Part shown: positions 53,914-61,132 of the stretch, one piece after another
Numbering within the stretch: position 1 is the stretch's first letter
How the letters are laid out: each line of letters opens with the position of its first letter
From: Candidatus Beckwithbacteria bacterium
GTDB taxonomy: Bacteria; Patescibacteriota; Microgenomatia; UBA1400; UBA1449
Direction of reading: 5' to 3'
NCBI GenBank assembly: GCA_012798485.1
Contig: JAAZND010000102.1
Location: forward strand, 1 to 61,132
Length of the DNA: 61,132 nucleotides
Program-made: the position numbers and the translations under genes
Notes under the pieces: model-generated
What the model was told of the DNA's origin: nothing
The model's input: only the letters and a program-made list of their open reading frames with translations
The model's database searches: none

Positions 53914-55818
53914 ATGTGTGGTATCACTGGCTTTGCAAACTTCAACAATCAATCTCCTGATCGCAAAATTATTCAAGATATGACTAATGCCATCATTCAT
54001 CGTGGTCCAGATGATGGGGGAACTGAAGTAAAACAAAATGTAGCTTTTGGGAATCGCAGACTTGCAATCATTGATTTGTCAAAAAATGGGCATATGCCCA
54101 TGTGGTCAACGGATAAAAATTTTCTCATTACTTATAATGGCGAAATCTATAATTTTTTAAGTTTGAAAAAACTATTACAGCAAAAAGGCTACAAATTTTT
54201 TTCTAATTCCGACACTGAAGTAATTTTAAATTTATACCAGGAATTTGGGCAAAAAAGTATCACAATGTTCAAAGGTATGTTTGTTTTTGCCATTTTTGAT
54301 TGTAAAAAACAAGAACTTTTTTTGGCTCGTGATCATTTTGGTATTAAACCTTTACATTACTTTCTTAATGATAAAATTTTTATTTTTGGTTCAGAAATAA
54401 AATCTATTTTACTCCACCCTGAAATAAAAAGAGAAATCAACCCAACTGCCATTTCTCATTATTTTTCTCTTGGTTTTGGTTGTATTGCTTCTCCAGAAAC
54501 AATTTTTAAAAATATTAAAAAATTACCTCCAGGACATTTTGCTATCTTAAAGAATAAAAAATTAAAAATTCAAAATTATTGGAATTTAGCAAATATTAAA
54601 CAACAGAAAATCGATTATAAAGAGGCAGCTGACAAAATAAAAAATTTGCTTGAAAACTCAGTCAAAGAGCAACTAGTTTCTGATGTTCCTCTTGGCTGTT
54701 TTTTATCAGGAGGGATTGATTCTTCTTTGATTAGCACTTTTACCTCGCAGCATACTAGTCATAAACTCAAAACTTTGTCAATTGGTTTTGAGGATAAAAA
54801 TTTTGACGAAAGTAGATATGCAGAGCAGGTAGCAAAACATTTGCAAACCGAACATTATCACAAATCTTTCAAAATCACAGAACTTTTGCAAACTTTACCC
54901 AAAGTTATAGAGAAACTCGATGAACCTTTTGCTGATGCCTCAATTTTACCTACTTTTCTTTTATCAGAATTTACCAAAGAAAATGTCACAGTTTCACTTT
55001 CCGGAGATGGTGGCGATGAAATTTTTGCCGGCTACCCTACTTATATTGCTCATCATTTTGCCAATATTTTTAATAAATTTCCATCATCTTTAAATAATAT
55101 TTTCAAAAACCTAGCTTATCTTTCTTCTGACTTTCTCAAAATTTTACCAGTAGCTTCTCATGCTCCCAGTTTATCGATGAAAATGAAAATTGATAAATTT
55201 ATTGATGGACTAGATAAAAATCCGGCAAAACAATATCTTAATTATATGGCTCCGCTTAATACAGATTTAAAAAATAGTTTAATTAAAAATCACAAAGAAA
55301 AAGCCTTAATTCATACCCAAAATTTATTAGATAAAGTCAAAAATTGGGATAAACAAAGCCAGTTGCAATATTTGGATTTCTATCTTTATATGATAGAAGA
55401 TTGTCTGGTCAAAACTGACCGAGCCAGTTCTTTTAATTCTTTGGAGGTCAGGCCGCCATTTTTAGATAAGGATTTAGTTGAATTTGCTTTTTCTCTGCCT
55501 GCAAATTATAAATTTGATCCAGTAAATTTAACACTTAAAAAAATTCTTAAAACTGCCACCAAAGATCTTTTGCCCCAAAATATTATTGATAGACCCAAAA
55601 AAGGTTTTGGTATTCCAACACATCTTTGGCTCAAAAATGAACTAAATCAAACTCTAAAAGATCTGAATAGTAAAGAAAGGATTGAAAAACAGGGTTTATT
55701 TAATTATCAATTTATCAAGGATAAAATTGAAGAACACGGAAATAATAAATATGATCATCGTTTATTTTTATGGAGCCTACTTATCTTCCAGCTTTGGTGG
55801 GATAAATGGATGAAATAA
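53914..55818 (+). CDS. asnB: Glutamine-hydrolysing asparagine synthetase-type amidotransferase
   Basis: MCGITGF (Cys2 nucleophile), SGGIDSS PP-loop. 634 aa. Confidence 0.85.
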   Translation: MCGITGFANFNNQSPDRKIIQDMTNAIIHRGPDDGGTEVKQNVAFGNRRLAIIDLSKNGHMPMWSTDKNFLITYNGEIYNFLSLKKLLQQKGYKFFSNSDTEVILNLYQEFGQKSITMFKGMFVFAIFDCKKQELFLARDHFGIKPLHYFLNDKIFIFGSEIKSILLHPEIKREINPTAISHYFSLGFGCIASPETIFKNIKKLPPGHFAILKNKKLKIQNYWNLANIKQQKIDYKEAADKIKNLLENSVKEQLVSDVPLGCFLSGGIDSSLISTFTSQHTSHKLKTLSIGFEDKNFDESRYAEQVAKHLQTEHYHKSFKITELLQTLPKVIEKLDEPFADASILPTFLLSEFTKENVTVSLSGDGGDEIFAGYPTYIAHHFANIFNKFPSSLNNIFKNLAYLSSDFLKILPVASHAPSLSMKMKIDKFIDGLDKNPAKQYLNYMAPLNTDLKNSLIKNHKEKALIHTQNLLDKVKNWDKQSQLQYLDFYLYMIEDCLVKTDRASSFNSLEVRPPFLDKDLVEFAFSLPANYKFDPVNLTLKKILKTATKDLLPQNIIDRPKKGFGIPTHLWLKNELNQTLKDLNSKERIEKQGLFNYQFIKDKIEEHGNNKYDHRLFLWSLLIFQLWWDKWMK

Positions 55819-55822
55819 ATAT

Positions 55823-56751
55823 ATGAATAATCTTAAACTTTTAAAACAATTACTGCTTATTGGTCCAAGATGCGCAGACAAAGAAATTGTAGCTGTTAAA
55901 ATTATTGCCGATTATTTAGAAAGTTTAAAAATTACTTATAAACTTCAAACCTTTAACAGTTTTTTTCCTTTGTGTGAAAATAAAAGGTTAATTGTTGATC
56001 ATGAAGAAATCTCATGTCTAGGCAGTAGTTTAGTTAGCGGTACTATTCCCAATAATCAATTTCTGTTTAGCCATTTGGGATCTATTCCTGATAATCTGCC
56101 TTATAATCTTGCCTATAGTCCTCTGACAGACGAAATTAGTGTAGTCGATCATTTTGAAGTTCCCAGTTTAACCATTTCCAGAAATGATATCTTGAAAATT
56201 TTAATGGCAAAAGAGATTAAAGGTGAAATCAAAGTCAGAAAACAAAAATTTGACTCAGCCAATATTCTAGTTGGTAATTTAACTAAACCTAAAAATATTA
56301 TTTTTGCACATTTTGATTCTATTATCGGTCAAGGAGCTTCTGACAACGCTGCTGCTATTTTGGTTTTGGTAAACTTAATAACTCAAAATGTTAATATATT
56401 AACAAATTCATTGTTTGTTTTTTGTGGTAATGAAGAAATGTCTTATGATAGTTATAAAAAAAGCGGCTATGGTTTCAGGGTTTTTGAAAGTATATATAGT
56501 CAAATTTTAAAAAGTTGTCAAAAAGTCTATGTTTTAGATGGCTTAGGAATAACCGAGCCAGCTTTTAGCCAGAAAGGGTTAGATTGGGTTTTACAATTAA
56601 AAATGTTAAGTCAAATAGAACAAAAAATTTCTGGCTTCAGGGTGATCAAAATAAAGTTATGCAATTTTTTCACACTAAAAAAGATGTAGTAAAAAACCTA
56701 AGTAATAAATATCTAAAAGCTACGGAAATACTACTTAGAAATAGTTTATAA
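55823..56751 (+). pseudogene. M28-like peptidase with an apparent -1 frameshift in an A6 tract (56622-56627)
   Basis: FAHFDSIIGQGASDNAAAILVLVNL is M28-like. Track ORF ends at 56689. Adding one A gives EQKNFWLQGDQNKVMQFFHTKKDVV...RNSL, ending at TAA 56749-56751 directly at the terminator. Confidence 0.5.
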
Positions 56752-56779
56752 AAGTGGCGGGCTTTTAGCCCGCCACTTT
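56751..56779. terminator. Bidirectional intrinsic terminator between convergent genes
   Basis: Perfect 12-bp stem, aaagtggcgggc (56751-56762) with gcccgccacttt (56768-56779), 5-nt loop. It is flanked by A-run/T-run sequence, so it reads as hairpin plus U-tract on both strands. Confidence 0.8.
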
Positions 56780-56784
56780 TATTA

Positions 56785-57198
56785 TTAACTTGCCTTTACC
56801 TTAATTTTTTTAGGCTGAGTTTGTGGATGTTTGGCAAAGGTAATTTTCATAATCCCATTTTTACTCGTAGCTTCTGGTTCTTTGGTTGGATCTACTTCTA
56901 TAGGTAGCATAGTTTTGTATTGAAATGTCGTGGTAGCTGAACGATAATATTTTTTCTTTTTATCTTCTTCAGTTTCTTTCTTTTCTCCTTTAATCCAAAG
57001 CATCCCTTTATCAAAAGTAATTTCTACGTCTTCTGGATTTATACCTGGAACGGCAGCTTCTACATAAACATTTTTCTCATCTTCAGAAATTGATAATCCA
57101 CTTGGCATAGTACTTACAGCCATTTCTTCATCATCCCAATCAAACCATCGAAAAGCAGGCATATTCCAAAAATTTCTTAAAGCTAAATCTCTAGCCAT
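56785..57198 (-). CDS. hsp20: Small heat-shock protein (Hsp20/alpha-crystallin family)
   Basis: Alpha-crystallin domain (VEAAVPGINPEDVEITFDKGMLWIKGEKK ... GIMKITFAK). ATG 57198 is preceded by AAAGGAGG with 8-nt spacing. The track start 57207 is a GTG inside the RBS. Confidence 0.85.
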   Translation of the reverse strand: MARDLALRNFWNMPAFRWFDWDDEEMAVSTMPSGLSISEDEKNVYVEAAVPGINPEDVEITFDKGMLWIKGEKKETEEDKKKKYYRSATTTFQYKTMLPIEVDPTKEPEATSKNGIMKITFAKHPQTQPKKIKVKAS

Positions 57199-57227
57199 AT
57201 TACTCACCTCCTTTCATTAATAAAAAT

Positions 57228-57256
57228 ATTATATTGTAAATTTTTTATTTTAGCAA
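57228..57256 (-). promoter_or_regulatory. Candidate sigma70-type promoter of hsp20
   Basis: On the minus strand: TTGCTA (57256-57251), 17-nt spacer, TATAAT (57233-57228), about 30 nt upstream of the ATG. Confidence 0.4.
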
Positions 57257-57276
57257 TATCACTTATTGATTGCTAA
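57250..57276 (-). promoter_or_regulatory. CIRCE-like inverted repeat (9-N9-9) overlapping the -35 element
   Basis: Minus strand reads TTAGCAATC-N9-TATTGCTAA. The arms match 8 of 9 positions. The outer hexamers TTAGCA/TGCTAA are identical to the CIRCE consensus TTAGCACTC-N9-GAGTGCTAA. Confidence 0.4.
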
Positions 57277-57354
57277 TTAATTTATTTTAAAATAAAAAGA
57301 TGAAAAAATAATGAAAAAACTCGTATTTTTTAAGATATAATTAACTTATAATAA

Positions 57355-58046
57355 TTTATCCAAAATGTAAAATATATTCGCTATTCAATAAAAAAAAGCA
57401 AAGACCAAATCTCTATTTGTCAGCATTGTAGTTATCAACAAAATTTCCAATTCCCAAAATATCAAAATTATCTTAAGCAAAAATATAATAAAAAAAGAAC
57501 AGAAGATAATGACCCTCTTTTAAAGAAAACCATTGAAATTTTAAAAATTAAAACAACAGATGTTGTCTTGGATTATGGCTGTAGAGCTGGAGATTACTTA
57601 AACGCTAGTAAAAAATATAGTCAAAATTTAATTGGAATAGATATAGATATTCAGCCCGCACAAAAACGCTATCCTCAAATCAAATTTATTAAACAAAAAG
57701 GAGAAAAAATAAAGCTTCAATCTAATTCAATTAATCAAATTATCTGTATAAATACAATTGAAAATATTTATGATTTTGAATTTTGTTTACAAGAATTTGT
57801 CAGAATTTTAAAACCCAATGGAAAACTATTTATAACTACCGCAGATCATAATTTTTTATTCTATTCCCTGATACTACTCATATTATTGAATGGAATAAAC
57901 AAGAATTTGAAAAACTAATTAGTAAATATTTTAAGATAAAAAAATCTTTTAGTTATGGCTCTTTTTTTAATCTTTATCCTTTAAATATGTTGCTTGTCAA
58001 AATTTTAAAACCGGAATTATGTATCCTGGCACAAAAATCATCTTAA
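57355..58046 (+). pseudogene. Class I SAM methyltransferase with a -1 frameshift in a T6 tract (57852-57857) and no clear start codon
   Basis: Track ORF 57568-57918 (LDYGCRAGDY, ILKPNGKLFITT). Adding one T restores ADHNFFILFPDTTHIIEWNKQEFEKLISKYF..., ending at TAA 58044-58046. The frame is open upstream to 57355 and includes CQHCS, but it has no in-frame ATG, so the 5' boundary is uncertain. Confidence 0.5.
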
Positions 58047-58310
58047 AATTTCAAAGCTTGCAAAATTTTTGATCTTAACTTCTTCTATTTTGAAATCCTG
58101 AACTTTAGCATTTCTTGGCCCTTGTTTAATTTTTACTAAAAATTCTTCAATATTTGGAGTATCGCCTTCAATTTCTAAATAAACACTTCCATTAATTTGA
58201 TTCTTAACAAATCCTGACAAATTGAATTTGGTAGCTAAAGATTTGACAAAAAAACGAAAACCAACTCCTTGAACCCTGCCAGTAATAGTAATATTAAGAT
58301 GCTTTTTCAT
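58038..58310 (-). CDS. acyP: Acylphosphatase
   Basis: 90 aa with the ITGRVQGVGFRFF signature and GFVKNQINGSVYLEIEG. Confidence 0.85.
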   Translation of the reverse strand: MKKHLNITITGRVQGVGFRFFVKSLATKFNLSGFVKNQINGSVYLEIEGDTPNIEEFLVKIKQGPRNAKVQDFKIEEVKIKNFASFEILR

Positions 58311-58449
58311 TAGCTTTCTTTAAAAAATTATTATTTTTTACCAAAATTTTCTCTTTTATTTTCCCAGCAAATTGGTCGCGAGCAGATTTAAGAAACCATC
58401 TTGGAGTTCTAAAATTAAGTGAAAAAAAATGAGCTTTAAAATTTTTCAT
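58294..58449 (-). CDS. Possible small basic protein (51 aa), hypothetical
   Basis: Below the track cut-off. ATG 58449 lies 2 nt after the upstream stop, and the ORF ends 17 nt inside acyP. It reads MKNFKAHFFSLNFRTPRWFLKSARDQFAGKIKEKILVKNNNFLKKANEKAS. No family recognised. Confidence 0.2.
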   Translation of the reverse strand: MKNFKAHFFSLNFRTPRWFLKSARDQFAGKIKEKILVKNNNFLKKANEKAS

Positions 58450-58451
58450 TT

Positions 58452-58802
58452 TCACTTTTGTTTATTTTTCTCTTCCATGAGAGCAATCTCTCTTACTAAT
58501 TTAGAAATATCATGACGAACATTTTCCATATTTACATTAATTCTAAAAATTAAATAAAACAAAATCAATAAGGCGCAATATACTGCCAAGTCACTGCCTC
58601 TGCCAACCCCAACTAAATGAGCAAAATAAGTTAAAGAATCAGGATAAAAAATCACAAAAACTCCAGCCAGCCAAAAACCTGTCCAAAAAAGAAAATCTCC
58701 CAGTTTTACTGTATTTTCTTTAAATCTTAACCAGACTCTGGAAATCGGCCATAAAAAAGCAACAAAAAGTAAAATTTGGATTGGCAAATAATTAAAATTC
58801 AT
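58452..58802 (-). CDS. Small membrane protein resembling DUF2304
   Basis: 116 aa with three to four TM segments, then a charged C-terminal helix (DISKLVREIALMEEK). It lies immediately downstream of a GT2 gene, as is typical for DUF2304. Confidence 0.5.
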   Translation of the reverse strand: MNFNYLPIQILLFVAFLWPISRVWLRFKENTVKLGDFLFWTGFWLAGVFVIFYPDSLTYFAHLVGVGRGSDLAVYCALLILFYLIFRINVNMENVRHDISKLVREIALMEEKNKQK

Positions 58803-58803
58803 A

Positions 58804-59493
58804 TTATCTAAATAATCTCAAAAATAATTTTATTAAAATATTAATACTATTTAAATTTCGCTGACCTTTCTGTCTAGAGTACTCGGTATAGATTACTTTA
58901 ATCGGAACTTCACAAAATTGCAAATGGTTTTTTTTAATCTCAGCAAAAATTTCAGTTGAGACCTCCATTCTTTGCGTTTTTAGATTTAACAAAGTTAAAG
59001 CTTTTTTATTAAAAACTCTAAAACCAGATTGAGAGTCTGTAGTCCAAATCCCAAAAAGAAGCAATGTGATTAGACTACTTAAAAAATTAATCACCACTCT
59101 ATCAAAAGGCATATCTCGATACTTGGACATTCGAGAACCAATAACTACATCAGCCTGATTGGCTAAAACTGGTTTGATTGCTTTGGGAATGTCAGTAAAA
59201 CTATGTTGACCATCACTATCCATAGTCAGAGCCAAATCAAAATTGTTTTTTTTGGCAAATTCCAATCCGGTAGCCAAAGCACCACCAAGTCCCCGATTAA
59301 TAATATGATGTAAAACAATTACTTTTGCTTTTTGTGCAATCTCCAAAGTATCATCACTACTTCCATCATCAATTACTAAAATAGAAATATCTAGATCTTT
59401 CAACTTCGTTCTAATGAAATCTTGTAAATCTATTAAAACCTTACCTATTACTTGGGCTTCATTATATGCTGGTAAAATAATACAAAGTTTCAT
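58804..59493 (-). CDS. GT2 glycosyltransferase, short polyprenyl-phosphate glycosyltransferase type
   Basis: CIILPAYNEAQVI, LVIDDGSSDDT, TMDSDGQH. ATGA overlap with the upstream epimerase gene. Confidence 0.8.
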   Translation of the reverse strand: MKLCIILPAYNEAQVIGKVLIDLQDFIRTKLKDLDISILVIDDGSSDDTLEIAQKAKVIVLHHIINRGLGGALATGLEFAKKNNFDLALTMDSDGQHSFTDIPKAIKPVLANQADVVIGSRMSKYRDMPFDRVVINFLSSLITLLLFGIWTTDSQSGFRVFNKKALTLLNLKTQRMEVSTEIFAEIKKNHLQFCEVPIKVIYTEYSRQKGQRNLNSINILIKLFLRLFR

Positions 59494-60425
59494 TTTAAAT
59501 TTTGAAAATAAGCTAATGTTTCTTTCAATCCTTTCTTTAAAGAATATAATGGTTGCCAGCCTAAATTTAACTTTATTTTTTTATTGTCAAGTAAGCTTCT
59601 TTCAATATCTCCTGGTCTTTTTGATAAATATTGAGGATTCATATTATGAGAATTAAGTTTTACAAGTAAAAAATATAAATCATTAACACTTACTTCTTTC
59701 TGGCTTGAAACATTAAAAATTCCTGCTAAATTTTTTTGCGTTGCCAAAAGATTAGCTTGAACCACATCTTTAACATAAATAAAATCTCTGGTTTGCTTTC
59801 CATCACCATAAATAATAGAATTTTTATTCTTAGCTAAATTCTCTGAAAAAATTGCTACTACACCTCCCTCAGCCCCACTATCTTGAAAGGGACCAAAAAC
59901 ATTAGCATAACGAAAAATAGTTGTTGTAAAATTATTTTGGTACAAAGAAATTATTTTTTCGCAAACATATTTTTGCAAACCATAAAAAGATTCAGGATTC
60001 CCTTCAATCTCCTCACTAATTGGATATGAATAGGTTTTCCCATTTTTTAACTTTGATCCATAAACTGCTACAGACGAAGGAAAAATAAACTGTTTAATTT
60101 GATATTTTTTACAAAGCTCCAGAAGTTTAAAAGTTACCAAAACATTATTATTTTCATAATCGAGTGTTTGTTGCATTGAAGTAGCTACATTAATTAAGGC
60201 TGCATGATGGCTCACTATTTGAGGTTTAAATTGAGCAAAAATTTTTTCAACCGCTTTCTCCTCAGTTAAATCAACTTGAAAATAATCAATATTAGCAAGA
60301 TCCAATTTCACTTCTTTCTTTTCTTTTTTATCTAAAACTGCCACCTGAAAACCAGCGACCAAATAAGTATTAACCAAATGCGTCCCAATAAATCCAGCGC
60401 CACCAGTAATTAAAATTTTTGTCAT
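59490..60425 (-). CDS. NAD-dependent sugar-nucleotide epimerase (GalE-like SDR)
   Basis: ILITGGAGFIGTH, PSSVAVYG, the YGLQK catalytic Y-x3-K, TRDFIYVKDV. Confidence 0.75.
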   Translation of the reverse strand: MTKILITGGAGFIGTHLVNTYLVAGFQVAVLDKKEKKEVKLDLANIDYFQVDLTEEKAVEKIFAQFKPQIVSHHAALINVATSMQQTLDYENNNVLVTFKLLELCKKYQIKQFIFPSSVAVYGSKLKNGKTYSYPISEEIEGNPESFYGLQKYVCEKIISLYQNNFTTTIFRYANVFGPFQDSGAEGGVVAIFSENLAKNKNSIIYGDGKQTRDFIYVKDVVQANLLATQKNLAGIFNVSSQKEVSVNDLYFLLVKLNSHNMNPQYLSKRPGDIERSLLDNKKIKLNLGWQPLYSLKKGLKETLAYFQNLK

Positions 60426-60434
60426 AATTTAAGT

Positions 60435-61132
60435 TTAACTAACCCAATAACCGCGAGTAAACATCGCTGTACAGATAAATAACAAAATTAAATTAATGCT
60501 TAAAATAAGATATTTAAAATATTTATTTTCTATCATAGCAAGAGCAATAAATCCAGGAAAGATGACTAAAACATAGCGAGGCATAGAAGAAAGAACTCCT
60601 GTTAAAGTCGGTAAAGCTAAACAAAGAATTCCATAAACCACATAACTTGGACGAATTTTTTTAAAATAACCCCAAACTAAAAGAGCAAGAAAAGAAAAAG
60701 AACTAATAAATTCTAACCAAAGGGTAAAATAAATTGGATTTTTGGGAGAAACCGTTGCAAACATTTTAAAATAACGCCAGATAATTTGATAGAAAAACAC
60801 TATCTGTCCTGTTTCTCTTCCCGCTCCAAAACCAGACTGAACATGTGTAAATAACAGAGGATCTTGGAAATGAACATAAAGATAAGACATATACGAAAAT
60901 AACCCAAAACAAACAATAATTAGAATATAAAAATTTTTAATAATAAATTTCACTCGTTCATTATTATTTTTCATTTTTAATAATTTATCTTTTTGTTGAT
61001 TCCAAACTTCTATCAAAAAAGCAGGAGCTAAAAATATACCAATTACCCGAGTAGCTGAAACAATCCCTCCACAAATTCCCGCCTTTAAAGCCTGATTAGT
61101 TCTTAAAAAATAAAAAGCGCTTAAAGTTAAAA
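60435..61132 (-). CDS. GT-C-like integral membrane protein, 5'-truncated by the window edge
   Basis: The frame stays open from 61016 to the window end (..LTLSAFYFLRTNQALKAGICGGIVSATRVIGIFLAPAFLIEVW..). Several TM segments. The track start 61016 is an internal TTG. Confidence 0.5.
   Translation of the reverse strand, partial: LTLSAFYFLRTNQALKAGICGGIVSATRVIGIFLAPAFLIEVWNQQKDKLLKMKNNNERVKFIIKNFYILIIVCFGLFSYMSYLYVHFQDPLLFTHVQSGFGAGRETGQIVFFYQIIWRYFKMFATVSPKNPIYFTLWLEFISSFSFLALLVWGYFKKIRPSYVVYGILCLALPTLTGVLSSMPRYVLVIFPGFIALAMIENKYFKYLILSINLILLFICTAMFTRGYWVS

Noticed and set aside
1-61132. Looked for CRISPR arrays, tRNA/rRNA genes, transposases, integrases, phage genes and toxin-antitoxin or defence systems.
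   Set aside because: I found no regularly spaced direct repeats, no tRNA-like GC-rich cloverleaf segments (no GGTTCGAATCC-like T-arm) and no rRNA-like conserved blocks. No ORF has DDE-transposase, tyrosine- or serine-recombinase, or nuclease/defence motifs recognisable by eye.

Overview
This is a strongly AT-rich bacterial window. It uses the standard genetic code: TAA, TGA and TAG all terminate recognisable ORFs. A GGAGG Shine-Dalgarno site, a sigma70-like promoter and a canonical intrinsic terminator are visible. Almost the whole 61 kb is one very large cell-surface glycan biosynthesis and export region.

By eye I count:
- about 24 glycosyltransferase genes (GT4/GT-B, GT2/GT-A, GT11, exostosin-like, GNT-I-like and four GT-C-like membrane proteins);
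- nine SAM methyltransferase genes;
- five PLP/PMP aminotransferase or dehydrase genes, plus one fold-type II PLP enzyme;
- three N-acyltransferase domains;
- five SDR epimerase/dehydratase genes;
- an ATP-grasp ligase, a CapK/PaaK-like adenylating enzyme and an AsnB-type amidotransferase;
- two paralogous Wzm/Wzt ABC exporters and one Wzx-like flippase.

Non-glycan genes sit only at the edges: an HD-domain protein, an M28-like peptidase, Hsp20 and an acylphosphatase. I saw no rRNA, tRNA, CRISPR array, transposase or integrase.

The most interesting points are:
1. A CDP-hexose cassette (rfbF, rfbG, an E1-type 3-dehydrase) is joined to a ThDP enzyme, an AspC-type aminotransferase and a GNAT-DegT fusion, with no E3 reductase in the window.
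2. A tightly overlapping operon encodes an ATP-grasp enzyme, an ACC-deaminase-like PLP enzyme, a GNAT, a methyltransferase and an aminotransferase. This suggests an aminoacylated or otherwise decorated amino sugar.
3. Seven methyltransferase genes lie within about 12 kb around a Wzt that carries a C-terminal extension.
4. Five genes are disrupted. Two carry a single in-frame TAA. Three carry a -1 frameshift, each inside a 6-nt homopolymer.
5. Polyprenyl-phosphate GT2 plus GT-C modules occur repeatedly.
6. A CIRCE-like inverted repeat overlaps the hsp20 promoter.

All functional calls come from motif recognition by eye on the supplied translations, not from database searches. The composition and gene content resemble small-genome uncultivated bacteria (CPR/Patescibacteria-like), but that is inference only.
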